Assembly (NCBI GenBank): GCA_002104905.1
Contig: MCFE01000216.1
Span: 1-64,000 of the forward strand
Origin: Basidiobolus meristosporus CBS 931.73
Lineage: Eukaryota; Fungi; Basidiobolomycota
Length of the DNA: 64,000 nucleotides
Direction: 5' to 3'
Part shown: piece by piece, positions 38,673-52,603 of the stretch
Position numbering within the stretch: position 1 is the stretch's first letter
Layout: each line of letters starts with the position of its first letter
Notes under the pieces: generated by a model
Seen by the model: only the letters and a program-made list of their open reading frames with translations
Databases searched by the model: none
What the model was told of the DNA's origin: nothing
Translations under genes and position numbers: made by a program

Positions 38673-41257
38673 ATGGAGTTATTCCAGTCTCGTGTAGACC
38701 AACTCACTCGTATATGGATCGACCTTGGGCTGATAAAGAGCTCGACTAAGGAACGACCAGAATGGACGAGGCTAAAACTTAAGGTTGGCCTTCGCCAGGG
38801 CTAGTAAGCAGCTCTATTTTGTACAGGAACTGTATTTAAGTTTTGTTTCAGCCAGCCTTGGACGTTCTTGACAACCTGATCAGGACGGAAGACTTCCAAC
38901 GTCAGCTCTTGGCAGCAAAGCTAGTTGATGTAAAGGTAGGTCCTCTTGTTTCCATATCCTGTGTTTTGACCATTGTATAATAGAGCGAATATAATCTAGG
39001 CCTCGATAGAGGGGAAATGCTGTCTACTGGGAAGAAATGCAGACTTGTATATTGGTCACGAGTATGCGTCCTACAAAGCCATGTGCTCTTCGTATCTTCA
39101 GCTTTGTGAAACTGATGAGGCACTAGGTCAGGTAATGGATGTCGGATCTATTCTATTAGACTTACCGAATTCGTTCTGATGGACCTATGTCACTTCAGGA
39201 GGTCTACCATAACAAGGCATTTCTTCAGCACCACTACGAACTATTGAAGGCCCTTGCTATGGAGCTGAGGATCCCAGAGAAAATCCCAGCATTGGTAGGA
39301 GGCGCATATAGTAGCGTATTGGCCCCACTCTTGCTGACATGGTGTTTAATAGAGATTGGAAGACTACAGCAACGCCACGGTGATATTATGCCGTACATTG
39401 GTTCAGGAGCTCCGCCAGATCAAGGTATTTTTTCAATAAACAATGCAGAGAAAGCTACGATATCAAGCTCAGATAGTAAACCACATAGGAAGACCGCGTG
39501 AAAACGTTTAACATCGCAGTTGGAAACCTTTACGAGGTCTGGGAGACGTTGAGATTCCCTCCGACCGATCCTATCGAGGAGCAACTCGTCGCTCTGTTTA
39601 CGAACACCCAAAGCAGCACAGAGATTAGCGTATTGGAGGAACACAATTGGTACTCTTCGGAACTTCAAGATCCACTGAACTTGACCATCGAATCCCTCGA
39701 GCTTCTGAAGCTGAAGCAACTGCAGTATTGTGTCGATTTCAATGAACGAAAACAACACCGGGAGCGAATTGCTTCGTACATATTGCGCTTATACAACGAC
39801 CTTGAGGTCCCTACTAGCGAGCAAAAGACCTTTAAACGTGGCTTCGATGAGGAGACTATATCTGAGGTACATTCCCCCCCCCGATAGAGCCCTCCTACTT
39901 GCAAAACTCAGTAAGCTTCCCGATAATATAGATGGTCCAAGAACTCAACCATTTGAGGCAAAGTTTGCTGGCATCATTGGACAGTATTATTGAAGAGGTA
40001 TAGTGATCAAGCACGATCCCCAAGGCATCGTCTGCGGCTGGAATTAATCGAATTTTCCAACAGTACAGGAGCAAGCTTTTTGAACTATGGGAAAAATGTC
40101 AGGTCAATCAAGATGAGCGGGATAGGACGATTGAAAGAATATTGGAAGGAGGTTTGCAGGTTTTTGTAATCACCAGGTGAGCCCTCAACTGACCACCATG
40201 TTCATAGCTGACAAGGTGGAGAGAGGTGAAATATTACAGGTGGAATTGGCGAAATTGAGCCAAATGTACGACAAAGGCCTCAAAATTTTCGAGACCATGA
40301 AGGAGCGGAAAGAGTTGATACAGGTATGTCAAGGTGACTCATTCACACTGGGTAGAGGAGGTCTCACAACGACATTGCCTAGAAAATGATCGACTTCGAG
40401 AGAACCGCTTCTGACCCCAAGCGATTGTTCCGAAGCTCATTCCAACTAAACGAGGAGGAGAGGTGGAGGAAGACAGCCTATCCGAATTTGTTGAAATTTG
40501 AAGAGCAGCTTATTGAGGCCATTATGATCTACGAAAGTGGTAAGTGGCAAGCTAATCATCAGGTGCCTGGTTACTCTCTGAAGAAAGATTCTTGTAGAGG
40601 AGAACGTTCCATTCATGCACAACGGAGCTCGCTATTTGGAAACACTGGTAAGAGGTCAAAATCACTGATCATTTACCAACTCGATCTAACTGGCGTGAGT
40701 AGCAACAAGAGATTGCTGATCGACCAGTCAATCTCTCGGTATTTGGATTCGTCAATGGCCAGGCTACCAAGCCCCGATCCGCCGCGAACTCTGCTTCCTC
40801 CAGCCTCAATAACTCACCAGTGAACTCACCAATGATTGGCAGAGAGCGCGACCGCTGTTCGTCCCCTCTAGCCCGGGGATCACCTCGGCCTCCTAGTTCA
40901 GTTCGATCCGGATCCCCCTCGAGTGCGTTGAAAATGACCGGGACACGTCGAACAAATACAAACGGCAGGGTGACTCCATCGAATCGACACTCAATGTACG
41001 CACGACGTGAATCGGTCGACTCTACGGCCTCATCAGAGTCGAATCCACGTAGACAATCCACGCAAGCAAACACCCTGCCACGCTTCAAATCCCCAACACC
41101 CAAGCCGCAGGCTAACTCAACCACGATTAACAAAGGCCAAAAGTCGGTCTTCAAACGCCTCAGTATTTCGAGTATGTTTACGGACAAAGGTGTATCCGCA
41201 TCACCTACGGTACAGGCCCGTAGGCTTTCTATGGCGTCCAATACCTCAGATTATTAA
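38673..41257 (+). CDS. ASE1: Ase1/PRC1/MAP65 spindle-midzone microtubule cross-linker (multi-exon; start inferred)
   Basis: FERTASDPKRLFRSSFQLNEEERWRK..PNLLKFEEQL motif; helical N-terminal exons; basic Ser/Pro-rich tail. Confidence 0.8.
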
Positions 41258-41558
41258 CACTCCAATCACTAGAGGAACATTTTCTAACTTTATCCAGAAG
41301 CAGTCTAGGATTATTTATTATCGATTATGTGATATCCATCATCTTGATCTCCATGTAACCTATACCTTTAGAATGGCAACTAACACGATTTAATGAGCAA
41401 TAAACCCCAAAGTAACGAGGACTAACGATCAATAGCCTTTAATGATAGATACAGATAAAAATACGTAAAACGCAAAAATGTGGGATGATAAAAATCGATG
41501 CTTTTCCTTCAATATGGGTATCTAACAAGAATGGGATATTTTATGAACGACTTGACAG

Positions 41559-42766
41559 TTAGTTATTGGTGAAGGTCAACAGCTTCTCGTCATTGATGTG
41601 ACCGGTTTGCTTACGATACTTGATGGTCGCCTCGAACTTGGTGCAATCTGCTGAGAGCTTGATTTTAGGGGTGGGCGTGCATTTTCCGATGACCTTCGAG
41701 TCGATCCCAAGCGCGGCATAGGTTTTGGCGAACTTGCCGTCATGCTTCTGGGCATACGCCATCTGGGCATAATAGAGTTGCATCAAGGCGTAGCGTGTGT
41801 ATTGAGATGGGTCTTTAACGTATGGTTTGGTGGTGTTGGTTGTCTGTCTGAACATGACACTACCCCACAATTCTGGGTTGTTAGGATCGTTGGAGTATTG
41901 GGGTGTCCAGGTGAATTGGAATTTAGGACCGACGTTGTGACGTCTGCGTAGGCCATTAGCGTTGATTACAGGGATTCCGAAGAACAAGGAAGAAGTGTCG
42001 GTCTGGGGCTGTGGGGGCAAAGTCACCACACTGGTAGGTGGGTAGCCTGTACGTAGGTATTGCATGTTTGCATATGCTGGAACATCGTCGGGCGCCCTCT
42101 TGGCCAAGCTTTTGTTGTTTAGTCTGCTCAATGGGATCTTCCACTCCAGCGACCAGTATCCTCCATTGACGGGAGTCCAACTAGGGTCATTTACCTTGCC
42201 ATTGGTATAGATGGCGTACTTGAAGTCCGAGCCCAGATCCCACAACGTCTCGGTGCCGTTTTGCGCAGGAGATTTGTCGAGTACGACGGACTTGTACAAT
42301 CCCAGAGCGTTCATCTGGAGAACCTTGTAATTTTGATTGGTGCGATCGTAGTCCAGGTACAAGCTGATGAGGTTGTCATCGAATGCTACAGAATATTACT
42401 ATTGATGGTCCACAGTGATTGCATGTTTATGAAGTACGTACGTTTTCCAACCTCCGGTTTTTTTGTGCTGGCCCTGATGATAGGCTCGTACATTTCGGCT
42501 CCCACATAATAGTATTGGTCATCCCACATCATCTTGATTCTGGTGTTAATCGACGACGGAGCGGAGGGGGCATCTGGGCCTTCGATATTACCGAAGTAAT
42601 TGGTCCAAGGGATCTTTTCCCAAGCTGGGTCATCTACTTTTCCGTCGAGGGTGATGTTTTTGGAGGAGCGATAAGTAACGTAGGATTTGGCGGAAGGAAT
42701 GTCGCATTCACAAGCTGTGGCTGCCGATGCAAGAGCAAGTATTACAAAAGATGACAGCACTTTCAT
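41559..42766 (-). CDS. Secreted carbohydrate-binding family 9-like (DOMON-like) protein, paralog 1; intron 42386-42441
   Basis: Signal peptide MKVLSSFVILALASAATA; LDGKVDDPAW..PWT..IEG..TRIKMMWDDQY..DDN..W.PQ...PELWG..YYAQ..Y; spliced length 1152 nt is in frame. Confidence 0.8.
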
Positions 42767-44156
42767 TTGAGGCTTACAAGTAATAGACAACAAACAAGAT
42801 AAAGGAATTAACTGAACTATTAACACGGTTTCTAAAGAATGAATGCGACGAGTGAAGTGATGTTAAACAATCAGAGGCCCCGAGTCTGATAGCAATCAAC
42901 GTCTCCAGGCCGACTTTTATAGAATTTTCAGGGTTGAGAGGGAAATGCCATGATGAAAAGCCCTCGAAAACCATGGTATTTACTGCGAGCTTTGGTTAAA
43001 AATAGATATCATTGTGTAAGAAGGGTGATGCTGGACGGCACCAGTTTGGCCATAAACAGGATCCGTACTACGCTGCTACGAAAATAATTGTTGGGAAGAT
43101 GCGCCAAGAATAGCCCTCCAAGTCACAAATTCATGGCGAGTTATTGATTTTCATTGTAAATCCGCGATCTTAAACTGCATTGAAATTGGCGACGATGATT
43201 CGATGTTTGCGTAGAATGTGCTTTTGGGAACAATGACATGACCCATGAGCTAAGCCGATACACTACAATTAATTCGCGCCCACCATGACATTGTGCACCA
43301 AAAACCACGCTATCAACTCATTCACTTTTGACCCGGTTGAAACCTTGTTTTAAACATCCAAATCTCCCCACGATTCGTAATCAGTGCGTGTTGGTTCTCT
43401 GCCAACAACTGATATAAGCCCGCCACTAGAAAATCCATCTCGAATATATTCATACCAGGTACCTTTGTTCCAGATGATTAGACCAAACACATTGCTCGCT
43501 TTAAGACACCTCCTTAGCAGCAGAAGAAGGTGGCGTTTCATTACCGTTCCAAATTGCTAGCTTGGCCGTGTAAATGACAAAGTGCTCTCTGGTGAGTTTC
43601 TCCACGGACCCTCAATCTTCCGGTGACTATCGGCTCATCGATGCACCATTTCGGCATTTCATGGTTCTATCGAAACACATTCCGGGATTGCGAAACATCC
43701 ATCCAATCAGGCCGATTCAAGTAGCTCTAAACGACATCGATGGCTATCTATATCATCTGCTTAGATAAACCCATCGTCTACCAGGAATCCAGATCCATTC
43801 AAGTAACACGCACCACGCACCACGCACCACGGCCCTCTGACATGCTCTTTGTACCCATGGGCCTTGAGCTTTGTCAAACCACCATCATTTACTTATCCAT
43901 TATCTGATCATTTGATCCGGTTGGAATTGCCAGAAAAAGGTCAAGAAGGAGCACTTGGTTGCTTTCAGCAAATCAACATGGAAAAGGAAAAGATATGGAT
44001 GTGTTGGGAAGCCACGCGAATGGCCATTAGCTGATCAATGGCCACTGTTGATTGGAGTTCTTTATTACTACAAATGTCACTTTACCTGATCGATATAAAA
44101 GAAAGCAGGTTTCGCGTCCCGGGCAGACAGATTCTCGTTTTTATTGTATTGCAACC

Positions 44157-45350
<1,194 letters not shown>

Positions 45351-46983
45351 ACGAACGAAACTGTACAAATACTTCCATTCGCTCTCCACGATACCTTTTG
45401 AGGCTATGCTTTACCATAGACTATATAGAGATTAGAAGATAATTTACACGCTTAATAAACTCATTGTACTCCTTATGTCAGTAGCAATAATGCAAGTGGC
45501 TCGTCACTGATGAATCCAGACCCCAAGCCCGACGATTTGTTTTGGGGACCAGCTCATTAGTGGTCACAAATCACCAGAATGTGCCGGTATTATTGTTGCC
45601 ATAGAATATTCTACTGCTCCTGAATATGTCAATTTGGTCGATTTTTGTCACCCGGCAGATTAATGCCCCCGACTACCGCGATTGGGCGTGGTCAACTGAT
45701 CCTGTTTATATTTCGTGGGATTCACCAATCACAGAAAAGAAGATATCAGGAAACGAGGATCAACTTTGGCTTCCCCAGTCTACCTGACTTATGATTTATT
45801 CTTCATTGCATCAGACAATAGCGTGGAGCAATTTGAAAGTATTCTGGAATATAGAAACCAGTTCTCATTGCTAGATGGAAAGTGCTCTTCAAAAATATTC
45901 TATGGGGCAGTGGTTAACGGACTCCAAGTATCTCAGCAATGTATTACCATGTTGAGTGATTCGTAAATGTGAGTTACTTGTAGATTCCATGGTTGAGACT
46001 GTGGAAATACCTGTCAGAAATAATTAGTATTGAATCTAGTTGAAAATAAATCAACATCAACCATGAACAATTAGCTGAAAAGTATTTGCATAGAATTTAT
46101 GAACCTGGGTAAAGTAGGAAAGTGACTTGGAAGTGAATTGGTGATGGTTAGAGAAAGAGTTTTAGAGTGTTCTTATTTGGAGAGTTAAGTGCAACCAAAT
46201 ATAGGAATGTATTGTCAAGAGTTGTGGAAAGAAATATTCTGGTTTTGATATCACTTCTGTCATAACGATATCTCCACATTTCTAAAGACTTGATCAAAGG
46301 ACCTTCCTCAATGACTGTTGATGAAGCGTGATGTCATAACATACTAGAAATTTCCAACAGCGCTTTGTGCGTATCAGTAGTACCAAGGTTTCATGAAAAC
46401 CGATGCCTCATCTTTGACATTTGAACTAATCAACGACGGCACCTATAGACAGCTTTGGAGCTTGGGCCCACGAATATACTTATTTCAACTAGAAACGTGT
46501 AAACCAAGAGATATGTATGCAGATTCGTTATGATCGAAGAGACTGGAATCTTCAAAATAATCCACGAAGTGTCTCCCAGTTGGACGGAGTTGCAGTTTTT
46601 ACAATATCGTGAAAAGCTGGTAGCGTTCCTCTTAAAAATCCTAAAAAAACAACTGGACAAGTAAATCCTGCAATACAACACTCTCGCCGTAGATTTGATT
46701 TTCTAATTGCATCTTCAGTTTCTGTTTCTTTTGGGAAAATGTCCTAACGTTATATGACGATGAACTATGGCTAACATCTCGTGAACCGATTGACTGCTGT
46801 AGATATCTACCACTTAGCAGTATAGCTGATCACAGTTAGTAACCATAAAATAAACTTTGATTTCAACTAGTATTTTATGTATTATGTACGAGGGAACATG
46901 TGAATTAAGTATATATATATATCTATACGGATGCGTGTGCCTCAGTGGCCGTAACACTGTAAAGTGCTAAACACGAATGGCGC

Positions 46984-47895
46984 TTAGTCGCATTCAGCAA
47001 GAACAGCCTTCATGGCGTCAACAGCTCTCTCCATCTTCTTTTGCTCAGCCTCGTTGAGCTGAATCTTGATGGGAGCCTCGACTCCGTTAGCTCCAACAAT
47101 GGCTGGCATGGACACATAGGAGTCATATTGCTCGTTGTAGCAGGAGATGGGGCGGATATCACGACGATCGTTGAGGACAGTGTCACAGAGAGAGGCGACA
47201 CAGGCACCAATACCATAGTAGGTGGCTCCCTTACGATCAATGATCTCGTAAGCCTTGCGGGATACTTCGTATTGGAGTTTGTCAAGGTCGACTCCTTGCA
47301 TTTGAGGGTAGTCGAGGAGAGGGACACCACCAACCATAGCAGAGGACCAGCCAACGAATTGGTGATCACCGTGCTCACCCATGGCGTAGCAGTGAATGGC
47401 GGGCTCGCTCACACCGAGGATCTCGGAGAGCTTGAGACGAAGACGTCCAGAGTCAAGGAAGGTTCCGGATCCGAACACTTGGTTCTTGGGGAGGCCAGAG
47501 ATCTTCTGGGCAATGTGAGTGAGGACATCGACGGGGTTGGCAACAAGCATGATCTTGGCAGTGGGCTTGATGGGGGCCATGCTGGTGATCACACTGTTGA
47601 GGATGTTGAAGTTCTTGGCAATCAATTGGAGACGGGTCTCGCCTGGGCGCTGACCAGCACCAGCGGTGATCACGATGATGTCGGCTTGACCGGCTTCTTG
47701 GTAGGTACCAACTCTGACCTTGGTGGAGGAAAGGAATTGGGAATCGGACAAATCAAGGGCTTGTCCCTCAGCAACCTTCTGGTTGATGTCGACCATCAAC
47801 AACTCGCAGGAAACATTGCGGAGAATGATGGAGGAAGCGCAAGAAGCACCGACGGCACCACATCCGATGATAGCAATAGTCTTGTTGGCGGGCAT
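46984..47895 (-). CDS. ldh: L-lactate dehydrogenase, copy 1 (subtype I, 303 aa)
   Basis: GCGAVG, TAGAGQRPGETRL (Gln102/Arg109 equivalents), LDSGR, GEHGD, KGATYYGIG; intronless. Confidence 0.97.
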   Translation of the reverse strand: MPANKTIAIIGCGAVGASCASSIILRNVSCELLMVDINQKVAEGQALDLSDSQFLSSTKVRVGTYQEAGQADIIVITAGAGQRPGETRLQLIAKNFNILNSVITSMAPIKPTAKIMLVANPVDVLTHIAQKISGLPKNQVFGSGTFLDSGRLRLKLSEILGVSEPAIHCYAMGEHGDHQFVGWSSAMVGGVPLLDYPQMQGVDLDKLQYEVSRKAYEIIDRKGATYYGIGACVASLCDTVLNDRRDIRPISCYNEQYDSYVSMPAIVGANGVEAPIKIQLNEAEQKKMERAVDAMKAVLAECD

Positions 47896-48623
47896 ATTTA
47901 TTGTGAGGCTAGTGTTGTGATAACTAAGGGTAGTTGGTGTTTCAATAATGTCAGAATGGTGATTTATATACTGAAAGAGCGGTAACTTACTCCGATTGAT
48001 GGAAGCTTCGACTCTAACTAATTTAGGTATTATTCGGAGTTGGTACATTTCTTAAATTGGAAGGTTCTCAGATACGAGAGGCAATTTACCATTAATTTCA
48101 ATATGCTAAGTTTGCTGAAAGTTCTTGGAACTTTGAAACTAGACGTAATTGTCAGCCATGGAAGGAAAATGTTTCCGCCTGAACGCGTTACGAAGATACA
48201 CAGGCAAGTAAGCGGTCCAGACGTCGAATACAAGAACATACACCTGATTAAAATCAGAATTTGCCATACGATTTCCCTATATTTTGCTCATATCATAGAG
48301 TCTCCTCGCAATGTTTTAGCACAGAACTGATGGGGATTGCAGAAACAAAGCATACAAGCTTTGAATAAACAATTAAGATGTCACTAAGCGTCGCTCCAAA
48401 AATCAAAGTCCGGTGTGCCAACATAACGTAATTCCACCGTAGAATTCGAACACAGATGTAAACTAATCGAGTTTATTAGTTTTTTAAATAAATTATGTAC
48501 GTATTGATATTCCAAATTAGTAAGTATATATATATGTATATATAGGCACGTATTCAAGTGTATAGAGCTAGCTATCCAATCATGAATATCGTTAAGCCTC
48601 TAGTGACAACCTGAATATCGCAC

Positions 48624-49536
48624 TTAGTTGCACTCGGCAAGGACAGCCTTCATGGCGTCAACAGCTCTCTCCATCTTCTTTTGTTCAGCCTCGTTGAGCT
48701 GAATCTTGATGGGAGCCTCGACTCCGTTAGCTCCAACAATGGCTGGCATGGACACATAGGAGTCATATTGCTCGTTGTAGCAGGAGATGGGGCGGATATC
48801 ACGACGATCGTTGAGGACAGTGTCACAGAGAGAGGCGACACAGGCACCGATACCATAGTAGGTGGCTCCCTTACGATCGATGATCTCGTAAGCCTTGCGG
48901 GATACTTCGTATTGGAGTTTGTCAAGGTCGACTCCTTGCATTTGAGGGTAGTCGAGGAGAGGGACACCACCAACCATAGCAGAGGACCATCCAACGAATT
49001 GGTGATCACCGTGCTCACCCATGGCGTAGCAGTGAATGGCGGGCTCGCTCACACCGAGGATCTCGGAGAGCTTGAGACGAAGACGTCCAGAGTCAAGGAA
49101 GGTTCCGGATCCGAACACTTGGTTCTTGGGGAGGCCAGAGATCTTCTGGGCAATGTGAGTGAGGACATCGACGGGGTTGGCAACAAGCATGATCTTGGCA
49201 GTGGGCTTGATGGGGGCCATGCTGGTGATCACACTGTTGAGGATGTTGAAGTTCTTGGCAATCAATTGGAGACGAGTCTCTCCAGGGCGCTGTACCAGCA
49301 CCAGCGGTGATCACGATGATGTCGGCTTGACCGGCTTCTTGGTAGGTACCAACTCTGACCTTGGTGGAGGAAAGGAATTGGGAATCGGACAAATCAAGGG
49401 CTTGTCCCTCAGCAACCTTCTGGTTGATGTCGACCATCAACAACTCGCAGGAAACATTGCGGAGAATGATGGAGGAAGCGCAAGAAGCACCGACGGCACC
49501 ACATCCGATGATAGCAATAGTCTTGTTGGCGGGCAT
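48624..49536 (-). pseudogene. ldh: L-lactate dehydrogenase, copy 2 (subtype I) with a +1 frameshift near 49293 (pseudogene or sequencing error)
   Basis: 913 nt instead of 912; GCGCTGTACCAGC versus GCGCTGACCAGC in the sibling copies. Confidence 0.9.
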
Positions 49537-50919
49537 ATTTATTGTGAGGCTAGTGTTGTGATAACTAAAGATAGTTGTTAGTTCAAGATCGTCGGAGTAA
49601 TGATATATATACTGAAACACCGACTGACCCTGACTGAAAGTACCTTCGCCTTTAACTGTTTCAGAAATTCTTTCGGAACTTGTATATTTCTTGAATTGGA
49701 AAGTTCCTGTATACACGATGTAAGTTGCTATTAACTTTACTATGTATGAATTCACTCGAAGTTCATGGAAATTTCAATGCCAAGTGTAAGTTTGTATCTA
49801 TGGAAAGAAGTTTTTTTCGCCTGTGCGTGTTATCTTGACAAACCTGGAATAAAACAATCGAGATCATGTTGCTTAACAACCACCTAGCTTTTGTTTAGGC
49901 TCATAACCTATTGCAGGCTAGCATCCCATCGCAACCTTCTCCGAGTTCAACAATAGATATTCTACGATTCTGCACAGAACGTGCCAATGATTTCTATTAG
50001 TGAAGAATATACTCCGACCAGGAACCATAGTGATCTGATTCCATTAACCTATCTTTTTTCTCTCAAAATCATTAGATCTTCCTAATTTGGTTAGATGAAT
50101 ATTTGAAGTCCCTGAGTACTTGCCTAATGGGTGATATTAACGTAAATCTTCCACTCCATTGCAAGATAATCTTGGTAGATGGTTTCTTGCTTCATTTCTT
50201 TTCACAACATTCCATTCTTCGTAAATTACCACATCCGTAGTAATATTACGTATTTAGTACTCTGAAGGTTCTTTCTTTTAATCTTATCTATCCAATGAAA
50301 TGCTCAATCTACAGAGTTATCTCCATTACGCACTCATGGAGGCATGTGTTACATTGCTTCGGAGAGAGTATGATTAATCCACGTCCTGTAGAAATATACG
50401 TGAGCTATAGAGCTTTGCGCCTCTCACTTACTTTCTCGAAACAGTTACGTAGTAAACTACCGGATATTGCTATACTCTTTTCAGAGCTTTGGTAGATTTA
50501 CATTACCGGTATTATTTTCATCTGGATTCCCCAAAATCCATACTAATCAGGGAAGGTTCAAAAAATTGCACCAATTCAGAAACGTATATTGTTCCGCAGA
50601 GTGACCTCGGTAATTCTATGGTTAGATAACAAAGGCTAGATCTCTATTCTCTGGATTGAATCTTAGTAACTGAGATGGAGTTTTTCCTGATCGTAATAGA
50701 TACTTCGATTATATCCAGAATCTGTGAGATAAACCAAAACTAAGAAATTGCCGCTTCAATATGCTTTAATGCATAATTCAAGCTTTGGTAGGGAAGGTGC
50801 ACACTGTATAGATTTCTTAACCCCATTGCTATCTTAAGATGTACATAAGCTTCGCAGGGCTTTCTAAAACAGTTGAAGTCGAAGTTTCTATCAATCATAG
50901 TAAGTTACCGCTCATCCAG

Positions 50920-50928
50920 TATATATAT
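50920..50928 (+). promoter_or_regulatory. TATA-like box of the LDH subtype I promoter
   Basis: CAGTATATATATC ~70 nt upstream of the ATG; conserved upstream of copies 1, 2 and 4 (e.g. 52529-52537). Confidence 0.5.
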
Positions 50929-50994
50929 CACCACCCTGACGTTACAGAAGCACCAACTATCCTTAGTTATCACAACACTAGCCTCACAATAAAT

Positions 50995-51906
50995 ATGCCC
51001 GCCAACAAGACTATTGCTATCATCGGATGTGGTGCCGTCGGTGCTTCTTGCGCTTCCTCCATCATTCTCCGCAATGTTTCCTGCGAGTTGTTGATGGTCG
51101 ACATCAACCAGAAGGTTGCTGAGGGACAAGCCCTTGATTTGTCCGATTCCCAATTCCTTTCCTCCACCAAGGTCAGAGTTGGTACCTACCAAGAAGCCGG
51201 TCAAGCCGACATCATCGTGATCACTGCTGGTGCTGGTCAGCGCCCTGGAGAGACTCGTCTCCAATTGATTGCCAAGAACTTCAACATCCTCAACAGTGTG
51301 ATCACCAGCATGGCCCCCATCAAGCCCACTGCCAAGATCATGCTTGTTGCCAACCCCGTCGATGTCCTCACCCACATTGCCCAGAAGATCTCTGGCCTCC
51401 CCAAGAACCAAGTGTTCGGATCCGGAACCTTCCTTGACTCTGGACGTCTTCGTCTCAAGCTCTCCGAGATCCTCGGTGTGAGCGAGCCCGCCATTCACTG
51501 CTACGCCATGGGTGAGCACGGTGATCACCAATTCGTTGGCTGGTCCTCTGCCACTGTTGGTGGTGTCCCTCTTCTCGACTACCCTGAAATGCAAGGAGTC
51601 GACCTTGACAAACTTCAATACGAAGTATCCCGCAAGGCCTATGAGATCATCGATCGTAAGGGAGCCACCTACTATGGTATCGGTGCCTGTGTCGCCTCTC
51701 TCTGTGACACTGTCCTCAACGATCGTCGTGATATCCGCCCCATCTCCTGCTACAACGAGCAATATGACTCCTATGTGTCCATGCCAGCCATTGTTGGCGC
51801 CAACGGAGTCGAGGCCCCCATCAAGATTCAGCTCAACGAGGCTGAACAAAAGAAGATGGAGAGAGCTGTTGACGCCATGAAGGCTGTCCTTGCCGAGTGC
51901 AACTAA
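50995..51906 (+). CDS. ldh: L-lactate dehydrogenase, copy 3 (subtype I)
   Basis: 912 nt intact; private residues SSATV and YPEM. Confidence 0.97.
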   Translation: MPANKTIAIIGCGAVGASCASSIILRNVSCELLMVDINQKVAEGQALDLSDSQFLSSTKVRVGTYQEAGQADIIVITAGAGQRPGETRLQLIAKNFNILNSVITSMAPIKPTAKIMLVANPVDVLTHIAQKISGLPKNQVFGSGTFLDSGRLRLKLSEILGVSEPAIHCYAMGEHGDHQFVGWSSATVGGVPLLDYPEMQGVDLDKLQYEVSRKAYEIIDRKGATYYGIGACVASLCDTVLNDRRDIRPISCYNEQYDSYVSMPAIVGANGVEAPIKIQLNEAEQKKMERAVDAMKAVLAECN

Positions 51907-52603
51907 GTGCGATATTCAGGTTGTCACTAGAGGCTTAACGATATTCATGATTGGATAGCTAGCTCTATACACTTGAATACGTGCCTATATATACATATAT
52001 ATATACTTACTAATTTGGAATATCAATACGTACATAATTTATTTAATAAATGTTAAAAACCTCAATTCGTTTGCCGATTATGTTATTTACGAAATGGCGG
52101 TAAAATAAGTTATGAGTTGCTGATTAATTACGTCTTCTTTCATTAAGTGCATAATGCGAGTTTTGACCATTTTCTTGATCAGTTGGACCTTAATATGTGT
52201 AATTAACAGTGGAATATTGAATTATTAATACGTGTGTTTATTGAATCAATGTTAAATGGTCTGTCTTAATCGGTTGCTGGGGAAATCTCAAGTCTACGTA
52301 TCCGAAACTCGCACACAAGTGAAAAATCATCTTCCCATAGGTGCAAGCTCGCGCCAAGAGTAGAGATTCTATGAACTTCTAGTCAATTCATACATATTGA
52401 AAAAAATAGTAAATTACATCGTGTTTTTGAGAACCTTCTAATCTAAGTAATTACTAGCTCCGAAAAAAATATCTAAATTAGTTAGAGTCGAAGCTTCTAT
52501 CAATCAGAGTTGGCTGCCGCTCATCCAGTATATATATCACCACCCTGACGTTACAGAAGCACCAACTATCCCTAGTTATCACAACACTAGCCTCACAATA
52601 AAT

